Virus record (IMG/VR): IMGVR_UViG_3300023274_000001
Location: 124,698 to 188,697 of that record
Length of the DNA stretch: 64,000 nt
Source: an uncultured virus (IMG/VR IMGVR_UViG_3300023274_000001)
Taxonomy: Duplodnaviria > Heunggongvirae > Uroviricota > Caudoviricetes
Reading direction: 5' to 3' (one strand)
Shown: positions 1 to 8,716 of the stretch, one piece after another
How positions within the stretch are numbered: position 1 is the stretch's first letter
Layout of the letters: every line of letters starts with the position of its first letter
Made by a program: the position numbers and the translations under genes
The notes under the pieces: generated by a model
Databases searched by the model: none
Told to the model about the DNA's origin: nothing
Seen by the model: the letters and a program-made list of their open reading frames with translations, nothing else

Positions 1-2
1 CC

Positions 3-143
3 GCCAAGTGCGAGGAGAACCTGAAGGACGCGATCCGGGACTGGATCAAGTCGTCCTGGGAGAACGACGAACTGAAGACCGGCAGCTTCCACTTCGGCGG
101 CGTGGACTGGTCGTCGGTCACCTTCGGATGGGACGGAGAGTAG
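3..143 (+). CDS. hypothetical protein, 5'-truncated by window edge
   Basis: Open frame AKCEENLK...WDGE* with high GC3; stop TAG just before the next ATG. Confidence 0.6.
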   Translation, partial: AKCEENLKDAIRDWIKSSWENDELKTGSFHFGGVDWSSVTFGWDGE

Positions 144-146
144 GAC

Positions 147-449
147 ATGGCGGAGCGGATGCGCGTGAAGGAGGCCCCTCGCCGGATCGAGGGGCTGCCG
201 GTGGTCAAGTCGGCCTTCCTGGGCTGGCTTTCCGACTTCCGGCAGGAGGGCGGATACGTGGCGGTCTGCATCACGTACGGCGTGACCGACGTGGACAAGG
301 GTGAGCAGTACCAGTTCCACATCATGTGGTCGAACGGCCTGGACAAGCCGTGGCGCCGCATCGAGAGCCTGCTGGAGCTGAACCGATACGCGGCGCTGGC
401 CGCGTTCGACAGGCACGAGAAGCTGGCCGTCTGGCCGGAAGGGAACTGA
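147..449 (+). CDS. hypothetical protein (paralog of 452-766)
   Basis: ORF track; shares ITY..D.G.Y..H.M...W.RI.S...F...KLAV.PG with next gene. Confidence 0.75.
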   Translation: MAERMRVKEAPRRIEGLPVVKSAFLGWLSDFRQEGGYVAVCITYGVTDVDKGEQYQFHIMWSNGLDKPWRRIESLLELNRYAALAAFDRHEKLAVWPEGN

Positions 450-451
450 AC

Positions 452-766
452 ATGGCACGCAGGAACCCGCTGCTGGCCAAGGCCCTGCCGTCCACGGTGG
501 ACGACCACCACGTGATCAAGGTGAGCCACCTCGGCTGGCAGGACAACGAAGAGCTGTCAATGATGCCCGGCTACCTGGCGGCCGTCATCACGTACAACGC
601 CTACAGCGGTGACGACCCCGGCGCCTACGGCATCCACCTGATGCGGACTGCCACGCCCGACGGCCGGTGGCTGCGCATCGACAGCCGCCGCAACCTGATG
701 TGGAGCGAGGCCGAGAGCGCCTTCGCTTCCTACGACAAGCTGGCCGTCCGGCCGGGGAGGATCTGA
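452..766 (+). CDS. hypothetical protein (paralog of 147-449)
   Basis: ATG 452 just after upstream stop; same motifs. Confidence 0.75.
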   Translation: MARRNPLLAKALPSTVDDHHVIKVSHLGWQDNEELSMMPGYLAAVITYNAYSGDDPGAYGIHLMRTATPDGRWLRIDSRRNLMWSEAESAFASYDKLAVRPGRI

Positions 767-768
767 AC

Positions 769-1098
769 ATGGCAGGCATCCGCATCCTGGAGCGCAACGG
801 CGACATCGTCTCTCACTCGTCCGTGTGGGCCGGACCGGAGGAGGTTCCGGTGGTCTTCGTGATCGTGAAGGACGGGGTCACTGCGCTCGCCCACCCGGAC
901 TACGTCGGCGGCACCATCTACGACATCGAGCAGGGCGACCTGACGATCGAGCAGGCGTGGGATGCGCTGCTGATCAAGACGCCGAAGCTGGTCTACCCGC
1001 AGAGGTGCACCGTGCGCAGGCTGGATGGGACCGGCGGAGGCGCCGAGATCCTGATCGGCAAGCGGGTCGTGCACCGGATCGCGGGGGTGAACGAGTGA
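769..1098 (+). CDS. hypothetical protein
   Basis: ATG 769, high GC3, overlaps next start. Confidence 0.7.
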   Translation: MAGIRILERNGDIVSHSSVWAGPEEVPVVFVIVKDGVTALAHPDYVGGTIYDIEQGDLTIEQAWDALLIKTPKLVYPQRCTVRRLDGTGGGAEILIGKRVVHRIAGVNE

Positions 1099-1406
1099 GC
1101 GCCTTCGAGAGGCCCAAGGAGATCGGGAAGCGGCCCGAGCCCGGCAAGCTCGACCCGGTGTGGACCTTCCTGCGTACCTCGTACGGGCCGGAGTACAACT
1201 TCGACCTGTACCGGGCGCACGGTCTCGACAGCTTGTACTTCGTCGACCCGCGCCAGGACCCGCAGCCGTGGGAGCTGAAGGACGGGGCGCTGGACCTGGG
1301 TCTCGACAAGGAGCGCATGACCGAGCTGCGGGACCTGTTCACGTACCTGCTCGACAACTGGGGCAGGCCGTGGGCCCGCGAGTCCCACCCGGAAGAGGAG
1401 AAGTAA
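1095..1406 (+). CDS. hypothetical protein
   Basis: GTGA start/stop overlap. Confidence 0.7.
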   Translation: MSAFERPKEIGKRPEPGKLDPVWTFLRTSYGPEYNFDLYRAHGLDSLYFVDPRQDPQPWELKDGALDLGLDKERMTELRDLFTYLLDNWGRPWARESHPEEEK

Positions 1407-1742
1407 GTGGCCAAGCTGATCGAGATCCCCAACGTCACCTGCGGGAACGGCCTGCACATGCAGGCGCCCGCCCCGGAGCCGGTGTTCCACTTCACGCAGA
1501 ACGACGGCTTCCACGGGATCATCTACCTGGACGCCGTGAAGGCGTGGGCGCGGGCCATGCGGGAGGACGGGGTGCCCCTGCGGGAGATGGCCCACGACCT
1601 GTACGTGCTGCTGCCGGGCAGCCGGGAGCTGATCCGCTGCACGCTGGTCGTGGCGGACGGCGAGAACGGCCCGGAGATGGAAGTCGAGGCTCTGCGGCCG
1701 ACGGTCCTGGAGTCCAACACCCTGTTCACCTGCCCCATCTGA
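1407..1742 (+). CDS. hypothetical protein
   Basis: ORF track; purine-rich RBS. Confidence 0.7.
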   Translation: MAKLIEIPNVTCGNGLHMQAPAPEPVFHFTQNDGFHGIIYLDAVKAWARAMREDGVPLREMAHDLYVLLPGSRELIRCTLVVADGENGPEMEVEALRPTVLESNTLFTCPI

Positions 1743-1816
1743 GCCGGTCGGCTTCTCGGGGACACGGGCTTCGGTCCGTGCCCCCGGGTGGACTATCGGA
1801 AAGGACAAGAAACGCG

Positions 1817-2155
1817 ATGAAGTACAGGTTCTGGATCTACCGGGACGTGGCTCCCCCGTACGCACTGGCGGGCAACCCGAACGCCCCGAAGCCCAGCGAT
1901 CCACTTCCCGTCGGCCTGGCTCACCCGGGCCGGGAGGTGGAGGGGATCACGCCTGCCGTCGACCAGATCATGGAGGTCTTCGAGCAGCACGGTGTGGACG
2001 ACGAGAGCGAGAAGGCCATTATCCGGGGGAAGGCCACGGAGGCACTGCTGCGGGGTTCCTACCGCACGGCTCTGCCCACGCCCGGCCGCTGGCTGCTGGC
2101 CGAGAAGGTCGTTCCGGGCCGCACGCACCCGGTTACCGGAGAGGTGAGCGAATGA
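1817..2155 (+). CDS. hypothetical protein
   Basis: RBS cggaaagga upstream of ATG 1817. Confidence 0.7.
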   Translation: MKYRFWIYRDVAPPYALAGNPNAPKPSDPLPVGLAHPGREVEGITPAVDQIMEVFEQHGVDDESEKAIIRGKATEALLRGSYRTALPTPGRWLLAEKVVPGRTHPVTGEVSE

Positions 2156-2637
2156 GGTACGGACTGACCGTGAACAACGGCCGCGTGATGGCGGCCGACC
2201 GGGCGGAGACCAAGGCAATGATCATCGGCGTGCTGCTGGCCGCCGGGTTCAGTGAGCCGGTTTCCGTACAGGTCAAGGCCGACGAGGTGCTGGACCGGGC
2301 CGACAAGCTGCCTTCGGACGAGGTGCAAGGCGTGAAGCTGGCCAGCCTCGGCGAGCTGCTGGTCTGGCGGGAGCGCGGCCGGGAGGTTTCGGGCCGCTTC
2401 TACTACGTGAAGGCCGGGGACATCGGGGCCGCCTTCCGGACCGATGCCGAGGCGCCGCTGGTGTCGCACCTGATGGGCCTCCTGATGGGCAGCGAAGGGA
2501 TCGGTCTGGAGCGGGCGGCGGCGCTCTCCGAGGGCGTGGCGCACTGCCTCTCCGAGGGTGGCAGCTACCCGAACCGGGTCATCACCGAGCTGAAGAACGG
2601 CTCGGACCTGCGGGCCTGGTGGGAGGACGAAGCGTGA
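2152..2637 (+). CDS. hypothetical protein
   Basis: ATGA overlap. Confidence 0.7.
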   Translation: MRYGLTVNNGRVMAADRAETKAMIIGVLLAAGFSEPVSVQVKADEVLDRADKLPSDEVQGVKLASLGELLVWRERGREVSGRFYYVKAGDIGAAFRTDAEAPLVSHLMGLLMGSEGIGLERAAALSEGVAHCLSEGGSYPNRVITELKNGSDLRAWWEDEA

Positions 2638-2867
2638 GCTGGATGATGGCTGTCGGGTCGGGCCATGGCCCCGTGGGGCCCGTCCGGGAGGCGCAGGAGC
2701 TGAGGAACTGCGTGCTGGCCGCCCTACTGGTGGCCGGTGTCGACGAGGAAGACGCCGAGTGGGAGAGTTCGCACGCCCCGGAAGCGGCAGCCGGGGGTGA
2801 GGCCGTCTGGACGTACGCCCTCCCTGACGGAAGGAAGATCGTGGTCTGGAAGGAGAGCGGGACGTGA
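2634..2867 (+). CDS. hypothetical protein
   Basis: GTGA overlap. Confidence 0.65.
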   Translation: MSWMMAVGSGHGPVGPVREAQELRNCVLAALLVAGVDEEDAEWESSHAPEAAAGGEAVWTYALPDGRKIVVWKESGT

Positions 2868-3223
2868 CCCACAACTGGAGCTGGACCATCCGGGTCAAGC
2901 AGGGCGATCCGGGATACCGGGTGCACAGCATCGAGGCCCTGATGGCGGCCGTGGCTGGCGCCCTGATGGCGGAGGGTACCGACTCCCGGATGGCCGACAC
3001 GTTCGCGCGGTCGGTCCGGGAGCGGGCGCTGGAACAGTGCGAGCAGCGTCGCATGAACCACTCGACGCCGCCGCTGGAGTACCAGCAGATCCTCACCGTC
3101 ACGAAGGCGCTTCACGTCACCTCGGACGACCTCCCGGAGGACTCGGACCGGTACTGCGAGGGCCGGACCGAGTCCGGGAGCCGCTGCCCGAGACACCTCA
3201 ACCACCTCGGGGAGTGCCGATGA
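2864..3223 (+). CDS. hypothetical protein
   Basis: GTGA overlap. Confidence 0.7.
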   Translation: MTHNWSWTIRVKQGDPGYRVHSIEALMAAVAGALMAEGTDSRMADTFARSVRERALEQCEQRRMNHSTPPLEYQQILTVTKALHVTSDDLPEDSDRYCEGRTESGSRCPRHLNHLGECR

Positions 3224-3447
3224 GGTGGGGCGACGACGCCGACGGCGAGCCGGGCCGGGACACGAGCTAGATCAACGTCAGGCCGGGCGTGGCCATCGAG
3301 ATCGAGTACAGCTCGACCGAGTACGAGATGGCCCGGCCGGAGGATGAGGTCGACGGGAAGCTGACCGGCCGGATCCGGATCACCCGGGAGAAGATCTTCG
3401 ACGCCGACTTCCTGATCGACTCCCTGACGGGGGAAGAGAAGGACTGA
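3220..3447 (+). pseudogene. small gene interrupted by in-frame TAG (3268-3270)
   Basis: ATG 3220; the frame continues 58 codons past the TAG with phage-like codon use to TGA 3447. Confidence 0.5.
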
Positions 3448-3471
3448 TCCGGCCAGACCTGACCGGATACC

Positions 3472-3521
3472 GAGGGGCCCGCTTGACGGCGGGCCCCTTC
3501 GCTGTACGATGGCCTAGGTCA
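3472..3521 (+). promoter_or_regulatory. terminator-like hairpin overlapping a sigma70-type promoter and operator
   Basis: GGGGCCCGC/GCGGGCCCC stem with TTGACG in loop; TACGAT 3505-3510; TGGCCTAGGTCA 3510-3521. Confidence 0.65.
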
Positions 3522-3536
3522 AGGAAAGGGAGAAGC

Positions 3537-4013
3537 GTGAAGGCCAGTGAATTCCCGGATGCGCTCCGGGAGTTGAAGATCGAAGGCGCCACCGTGGGAC
3601 CCGTGGTGAACAGGGACGGCGAGCCCGCACCGGCAGGGTCCGGTGTGCAGCACGGCTTCCTGGTGACGGGCCAGCACGGCGCACGTATCGCCTGGCAAGT
3701 GGCCACACAGGAGGACGGATTGCTGGCCGGTACGGGCCCTTCTGTGGCCTATCCGTCGAGTGTTCCCGTCGCTCCCGACCGGCTCGTCTGCGCCGACGTG
3801 GAGGCGTCCATCGCCCACTGGGTCGGCAAGAACCTGGGCGAGCACATCAGCGAGATGGTCAGGTACAGCGAGACCCGAGACCGGGGCATTCGCTACGGCC
3901 TGCGCATCGACCTGTACAGCGGGGGCCGGGTGTTCATTCAGGCCCTGTGGATTCTGGAGCCCGGCGAGGAACCGAACCGGGACAACAAGTACCGCATGCG
4001 CGACGCGGTCTGA
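3537..4013 (+). CDS. hypothetical protein
   Basis: GTG 3537 after RBS ggaaagggag. Confidence 0.7.
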   Translation: MKASEFPDALRELKIEGATVGPVVNRDGEPAPAGSGVQHGFLVTGQHGARIAWQVATQEDGLLAGTGPSVAYPSSVPVAPDRLVCADVEASIAHWVGKNLGEHISEMVRYSETRDRGIRYGLRIDLYSGGRVFIQALWILEPGEEPNRDNKYRMRDAV

Positions 4014-4028
4014 CGGAGGAGAAGACGG

Positions 4029-4394
4029 GTGAGCAAGGGCATCAGGGTGCACACGGGCGTGGCACACAAGGACACGCCGAGGGAGCGACCGTCCGCATGG
4101 ATCGAGGTGTCGGTTCCGCTTCAGCTCGAAAGCTGGGAGCTGGCCGACGGCCTGGGTGAGCGCTTCCTGCGCAACGAGAGCGGACTGGAGGACGGCGAGC
4201 GCCCGTCCGGTCTGCCGGAGTCCATGACTCAGCAGGAGATTGTCCGGGTCTACAAGGACGAGCTGCTGTACTGGGGGACGAATCTCGGAACCTGGTCGGA
4301 AGACCTCAGCCCCGAGGCCACGAAGGAGACCACCGGCTGGCTCATGGACATCGTCCTGGCCGCCTTCCCGGAGATGAAGGGGTACGACCGGTGA
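4029..4394 (+). CDS. hypothetical protein
   Basis: ORF track, RBS ggagg. Confidence 0.7.
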   Translation: MSKGIRVHTGVAHKDTPRERPSAWIEVSVPLQLESWELADGLGERFLRNESGLEDGERPSGLPESMTQQEIVRVYKDELLYWGTNLGTWSEDLSPEATKETTGWLMDIVLAAFPEMKGYDR

Positions 4395-4750
4395 GCGCCC
4401 CGTCCGCAGCGGCCGTGAGCCGCTTCCTGGGGGAGCGCTTCAACCGATCCGAGCGCGTGGGACGGGGGCCCACCGGCGTCACGGCCGGATTCACAGTGCG
4501 CCGGGCCCTCGGTGAGGGGCTGCGGCCGACGGACTGGGTGGTCGTTGAGTTCGAGCCCGGCTACCACACCATGGCCCGGTTCGGGTTCGGGACGAACGCC
4601 GAGGGCCTGCTGAAGTACACGCAGAAGGTGCTCACGGATTACGAGCGGAACCTGAAGATCAGGTACGACGTCGCCCGCAACGACGAGGACGGCGAGGACC
4701 AGTGGAACTGCCTGCTGGTACGGACAAAGACGGAACAGGAGAAGGACTGA
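4391..4750 (+). CDS. hypothetical protein
   Basis: GTGA overlap. Confidence 0.7.
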   Translation: MSAPSAAAVSRFLGERFNRSERVGRGPTGVTAGFTVRRALGEGLRPTDWVVVEFEPGYHTMARFGFGTNAEGLLKYTQKVLTDYERNLKIRYDVARNDEDGEDQWNCLLVRTKTEQEKD

Positions 4751-5055
4751 TGGCGCAGACCCACATCGGCCGACTGGCCACCGAGTTGAAGCAGGCAGCC
4801 GCCACGCTGGAGCAGTTCGAGGACTTCCGCTCCCCCGTCAACCAGGAGGTCGTCTCGGCCGTCTGGTTCGCCGCCGGTCAGCACGACCAGCACGTGAGGG
4901 TCGCGGTCCGCGAGGAGCACGGGACCTTCTACCGGGGCCGGATCACCGAGGTCGGCACCAAGGGCGGCTGGGAGGTGCTGGCCGACGACGGCGAGCTGGT
5001 TCCCAACGTGACGGCCGACATGTTCGTCTCGCTCATGCTGGTGCAGCGGCCGTGA
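4750..5055 (+). CDS. hypothetical protein
   Basis: TGATG overlap. Confidence 0.7.
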   Translation: MAQTHIGRLATELKQAAATLEQFEDFRSPVNQEVVSAVWFAAGQHDQHVRVAVREEHGTFYRGRITEVGTKGGWEVLADDGELVPNVTADMFVSLMLVQRP

Positions 5056-5194
5056 ACAACGAGAGGATGCCCGAGAGGGACCCCACCGATCGAAGCAAGC
5101 CGCCGAGGAGGCGCGAGATGGGTAACAGCGACGACACCGAGCACAGCCGCCCACTGGAGAAGCGGAAGGACGGATCCAAGCCGCACCCGCAGTC

Positions 5195-5520
5195 GTGAAC
5201 TCCGCCGACAAGGCAAGGGAGTTCGAGGAGCTGTGGCGAGGATCCGTCGCCCGAGCTGGGCGAAGACCGGACTGGAACGACCTGAGCCTGATCGAGCAGC
5301 AGGTGATGTCGTCGGAGTTCCGGACCGAGATGAACCGATACGGGGACGAAGATCCCACCGCCGTGAACCGGATGGCGACCGGGCTGTACGGCTCGCCGAC
5401 GAGTTCGAAGCGTCCTGGCTGACCTCCTGGCTGAACGCCGGGAGCCGCACGACCACCCTCTCCGGCCGCCTGGCGGCCCGCTGGGGTGACGACTACCGCA
5501 ACGCACGAGATCGGGAACAA
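5195..5520 (+). pseudogene. hypothetical gene with apparent 1-nt frameshift near 5391
   Basis: Coding-like frame switches at ggctcgccgac. Confidence 0.4.
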
Positions 5521-5533
5521 GGAGAAGATCACG

Positions 5534-6076
5534 ATGGGTGCACGCATCATCACCCCGCTCAAGGGGATCACGAAGACCTCGGCGTGGCCGTACGCGGAGA
5601 TGCCGCAGAGCAAGAAGCCGCGCGCCCGTAAGGGCGGCTGGATCCTGGCGATGTCGATCGAGCCGGAGCTGAGCGGCCTGGTCACGTTCTACCCGGAGGG
5701 GACGGAGTTCCCCGTCCCGATGGAGGACCGCACCAGCAAGCGCCAGATCCTGCACATCGACAACGGTTCGATCTGGGGCAAGAAGATCACCACCCGCCCC
5801 TTCTACCAGGTCGACGACAAGGACCAGTGCGAGCGGTTCGCGACCACGTTCTGCTCACTCGGCTACACCACGAACGAGAAGCTGCTGCCGCACCAGGGCG
5901 GCGCCTTCTGGGGCTTCAACTGGGCCTCGCTCACCGTCGCCACGGTGCACATCGCCTCCCAGGTCGCCGACCACTTCTTCAACGACCGGTACAACGAGGC
6001 GTGGGCCGTCGGCAAGGCGTTCGGCGACCAGATCCACGCCGCCGAGAACGCCTACTGGCAGGCGCAGGGGAAGTGA
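5534..6076 (+). CDS. hypothetical protein
   Basis: ATG 5534 after aaggagaag. Confidence 0.75.
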   Translation: MGARIITPLKGITKTSAWPYAEMPQSKKPRARKGGWILAMSIEPELSGLVTFYPEGTEFPVPMEDRTSKRQILHIDNGSIWGKKITTRPFYQVDDKDQCERFATTFCSLGYTTNEKLLPHQGGAFWGFNWASLTVATVHIASQVADHFFNDRYNEAWAVGKAFGDQIHAAENAYWQAQGK

Positions 6077-6393
6077 GCGCCAACGAGGAAGCAACTCTCC
6101 CGGACGGCACGGTGATCGGCTACCTGGAACCCTGGCTGGCCAATCCCGGAGTGTTCAACGGATGGGTGAGCGACGAACCGGGAGTTCACTCCATCGCGGC
6201 CGAGGGGGTGAGTCGCGACCGGGCGGAACTGGAGATCGTCCGGCTGTTCCTGGTGCGCGAGATCAAGGTTCAGGAGGGCGCCGACCAGTCCAGCCCGGAC
6301 GGCGTGGAGCGCAACCGCCTGATCCGGGAGGGCTTCAGCAGGCAGAAGGCCCTCACGTCCAAGATCCTCCAAGAGGAAGGCGGGACGGCCTGA
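6073..6393 (+). CDS. hypothetical protein (paralog of 6393-6776)
   Basis: LP.G..(I/V)G..E.W......GW...G.SR motif. Confidence 0.7.
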   Translation: MSANEEATLPDGTVIGYLEPWLANPGVFNGWVSDEPGVHSIAAEGVSRDRAELEIVRLFLVREIKVQEGADQSSPDGVERNRLIREGFSRQKALTSKILQEEGGTA

Positions 6394-6776
6394 TGGTGAT
6401 GGTCAGCGATCCCGGCACGGTGCAGCTCCCGTCCTCGGGGGTGAACGTCGGCCGGGTCGAGCAGTGGGACGGCGACCGCACCACCTGGGACGGCTGGGCC
6501 GACATCCCGGACGCCGCGACCGAGGAGCTGGTCTGCAACGGCGGCTCCCGGAACTGGTGCCGGTACATGGTGGTCAAGCGGTACCAGGAGCACCTGATCG
6601 GCGAGCTGGCCGGGGCTACGTACTGGATCGAGAGCCCGAAGAATGATCGGGACCTCACCGAGAAGGCCCGGATGATCAGCGAGTGCTTCGACGTGATGCG
6701 CAACGCACTGAACGAGCACTACCAGGAGATCCGCAGGGAGCAGGCCCGGGTTCGCCGGGAGCTGCGCCAGAGCTGA
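6393..6776 (+). CDS. hypothetical protein (paralog of 6073-6393)
   Basis: TGATG overlap; same motif. Confidence 0.7.
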   Translation: MVMVSDPGTVQLPSSGVNVGRVEQWDGDRTTWDGWADIPDAATEELVCNGGSRNWCRYMVVKRYQEHLIGELAGATYWIESPKNDRDLTEKARMISECFDVMRNALNEHYQEIRREQARVRRELRQS

Positions 6777-6858
6777 ACGGTTTCGGCTCGGCGGTGCACG
6801 GGCTTCGGTCCGTGCACCTGCCGTACTGCCGCCGGGCAGGACATCGGAAGGGGAAGAG

Positions 6859-7194
6859 ATGCGAGCGTACTTCGAGACGGCCAGCGGCGAGACGATCCCA
6901 CTGCCGGACCCGATGAGCCCCGAGCAGTCGGCCATCGTGTACCTCACGGGAGGAACCGGCATCCGCCGGATCGACGACGAGACGATCGACGAGTTCGTGC
7001 GCCGGGCCGACCTGTACGACACGTACATCGGCGGGATCAACCTGCGGGACATCGAGACTGGCGAGAAGGTTCCGGTCACCCGGCAGATCATCACCGAGGC
7101 GATGGCCGGTCACCCGGCGCTCTGGACGAACGCGGGACTCGTCACCCCGGAGGCATTCGACCGCATGATCCGCGTCGCCAAGGCGGCGCTGTAA
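6859..7194 (+). CDS. hypothetical protein
   Basis: ORF track, RBS. Confidence 0.7.
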   Translation: MRAYFETASGETIPLPDPMSPEQSAIVYLTGGTGIRRIDDETIDEFVRRADLYDTYIGGINLRDIETGEKVPVTRQIITEAMAGHPALWTNAGLVTPEAFDRMIRVAKAAL

Positions 7195-7213
7195 ACCGGA
7201 GGGGAGAAGAACG

Positions 7214-7639
7214 ATGAGCGAGCCCGTGAACAAGGACGGCTGGGGCAAGACGACGATCATGACGCCGGGGTCTTTCGCCGACCCGCGCGAGATGAACGCG
7301 GTGATGCGCGAGCTGTTCTGCCACGACAGCATTCTGGAGTACCAGCGCAGGGTCGTCGAGGCGGCCATGAGGGACGCCGTGGCGGCCTGGCGCAGGGCGA
7401 TGGCCAAGAAGGGCCTGAGCGCCGACAGCGACGCCGGTAAGGCGATCCTGGAGATGGTGAACGCGGTACTCGACAGCTTCGACCCGGAGAGCAGCGAGTG
7501 GGACGGCTTCTTCCCGCCGGTCATGCTCTGCACCGAGCACGACAGCCCCGTGAAGACGAAGTACGGCAAGGGCATCGTCTTCACCGCCTGCCCCGGCGTC
7601 CCGTGGTGCAAGGCGCACGAAGGGGTGCGGGTCCAGTGA
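7214..7639 (+). CDS. hypothetical protein with C-terminal zinc-ribbon-like CxxH..C....C motif
   Basis: CTEHDSP...FTACPGVPWC. Confidence 0.7.
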   Translation: MSEPVNKDGWGKTTIMTPGSFADPREMNAVMRELFCHDSILEYQRRVVEAAMRDAVAAWRRAMAKKGLSADSDAGKAILEMVNAVLDSFDPESSEWDGFFPPVMLCTEHDSPVKTKYGKGIVFTACPGVPWCKAHEGVRVQ

Positions 7640-7962
7640 GGCAGCCGATCGTCGCCGACCAGCGGGATTTCGAGCGCTGGCTGATCGACGAGGTCGCCGT
7701 CCACGCCGACATGTGCAAGCGCATCAAGGACGGGACGAGCCAGCAGACCGGCATCGGGGCCCGGATGACGGAGTGGCACTTCACGTCCCTGCTGATGGTC
7801 CTCGGGCGGTACACCGACCGGGACCAGCGACTTCTGGAACCGGTCGCCACGGACCGGAAGGCACTGCTGGAGGTCATCCGTACCGGGCCGTCCCTGATGG
7901 CGGAGTGCGAGCGGCAGACGGAAGAGATGTACCAGCGACTCGAAAGGGAGGGGAAGGGGTGA
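7636..7962 (+). CDS. hypothetical protein
   Basis: GTGA overlap. Confidence 0.65.
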   Translation: MRQPIVADQRDFERWLIDEVAVHADMCKRIKDGTSQQTGIGARMTEWHFTSLLMVLGRYTDRDQRLLEPVATDRKALLEVIRTGPSLMAECERQTEEMYQRLEREGKG

Positions 7963-8294
7963 GCTACGGATGCCGGGGCTGTGACGGAACATGCTGCACG
8001 GGTGTCGGGAGTGACCCCTGCACCTGCCCACCCCCGCCCGACCGGGACGACGAGGAGCAGGCTCCGCTCTATCCGCGCCGAGCGCCGGGGGCGCACGGCA
8101 AGCACTGCACCTGGCCGGAGTGTGACGGCTCGTGCCTGATTACGGTGACCGTCGAATGGCGGGCGCTGGAGGCGTTCTACGAGGCGGCCCGGTGGGGCCG
8201 GGCGATGAAGCCCGGCACGGCGGGCGAGCGGACCGGCCTGGAGCTGATGCAGCAGATCATCGAGCAGGGCAAGAGGGGTGCGGCACGTGGCTGA
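7959..8294 (+). CDS. Cys-rich hypothetical protein
   Basis: CRGCDGTCCTGVGSDPCTC and CTWPECDGSC. Confidence 0.6.
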   Translation: MSYGCRGCDGTCCTGVGSDPCTCPPPPDRDDEEQAPLYPRRAPGAHGKHCTWPECDGSCLITVTVEWRALEAFYEAARWGRAMKPGTAGERTGLELMQQIIEQGKRGAARG

Positions 8295-8387
8295 GGTGAT
8301 CCGGGCGTTCGCCGGGATCGTGGCGCTGGTCGCCATGAAGAAGACCGAGATGGACCGCCGGAAGGCGGCTGGAAAGGGGAAGCGGAC

Positions 8388-8684
8388 ATGACCGCCCAGG
8401 ACGAGAAGCTGGACATGAAGAAGATCCACCTGCTGGCGGCAGCCAAGGAGCTGGCCGACCTGCTCTACCGGTGGAACGTGGTCGACGAGTACGACCTGTG
8501 CATCCAGGACAGCCGCAACGGCGGCACCCCCTACCACCACGTGAACGAGGCGCTGGTGGCCGTGCTGAAGAAGCTCGGCACCGAGAACAAGGACGGCTTC
8601 TACGAGGGCGTCACCTCGGGCATGGACGTCCAGGAGGCACTGGACAACGCCATCGCCTACGAGCACCGCTACGACGAGATCTGA
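8388..8684 (+). CDS. hypothetical protein
   Basis: ORF track. Confidence 0.7.
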   Translation: MTAQDEKLDMKKIHLLAAAKELADLLYRWNVVDEYDLCIQDSRNGGTPYHHVNEALVAVLKKLGTENKDGFYEGVTSGMDVQEALDNAIAYEHRYDEI

Positions 8685-8716
8685 CCGGAAGACACACGGA
8701 GAGGGAGAAGAAGGAC

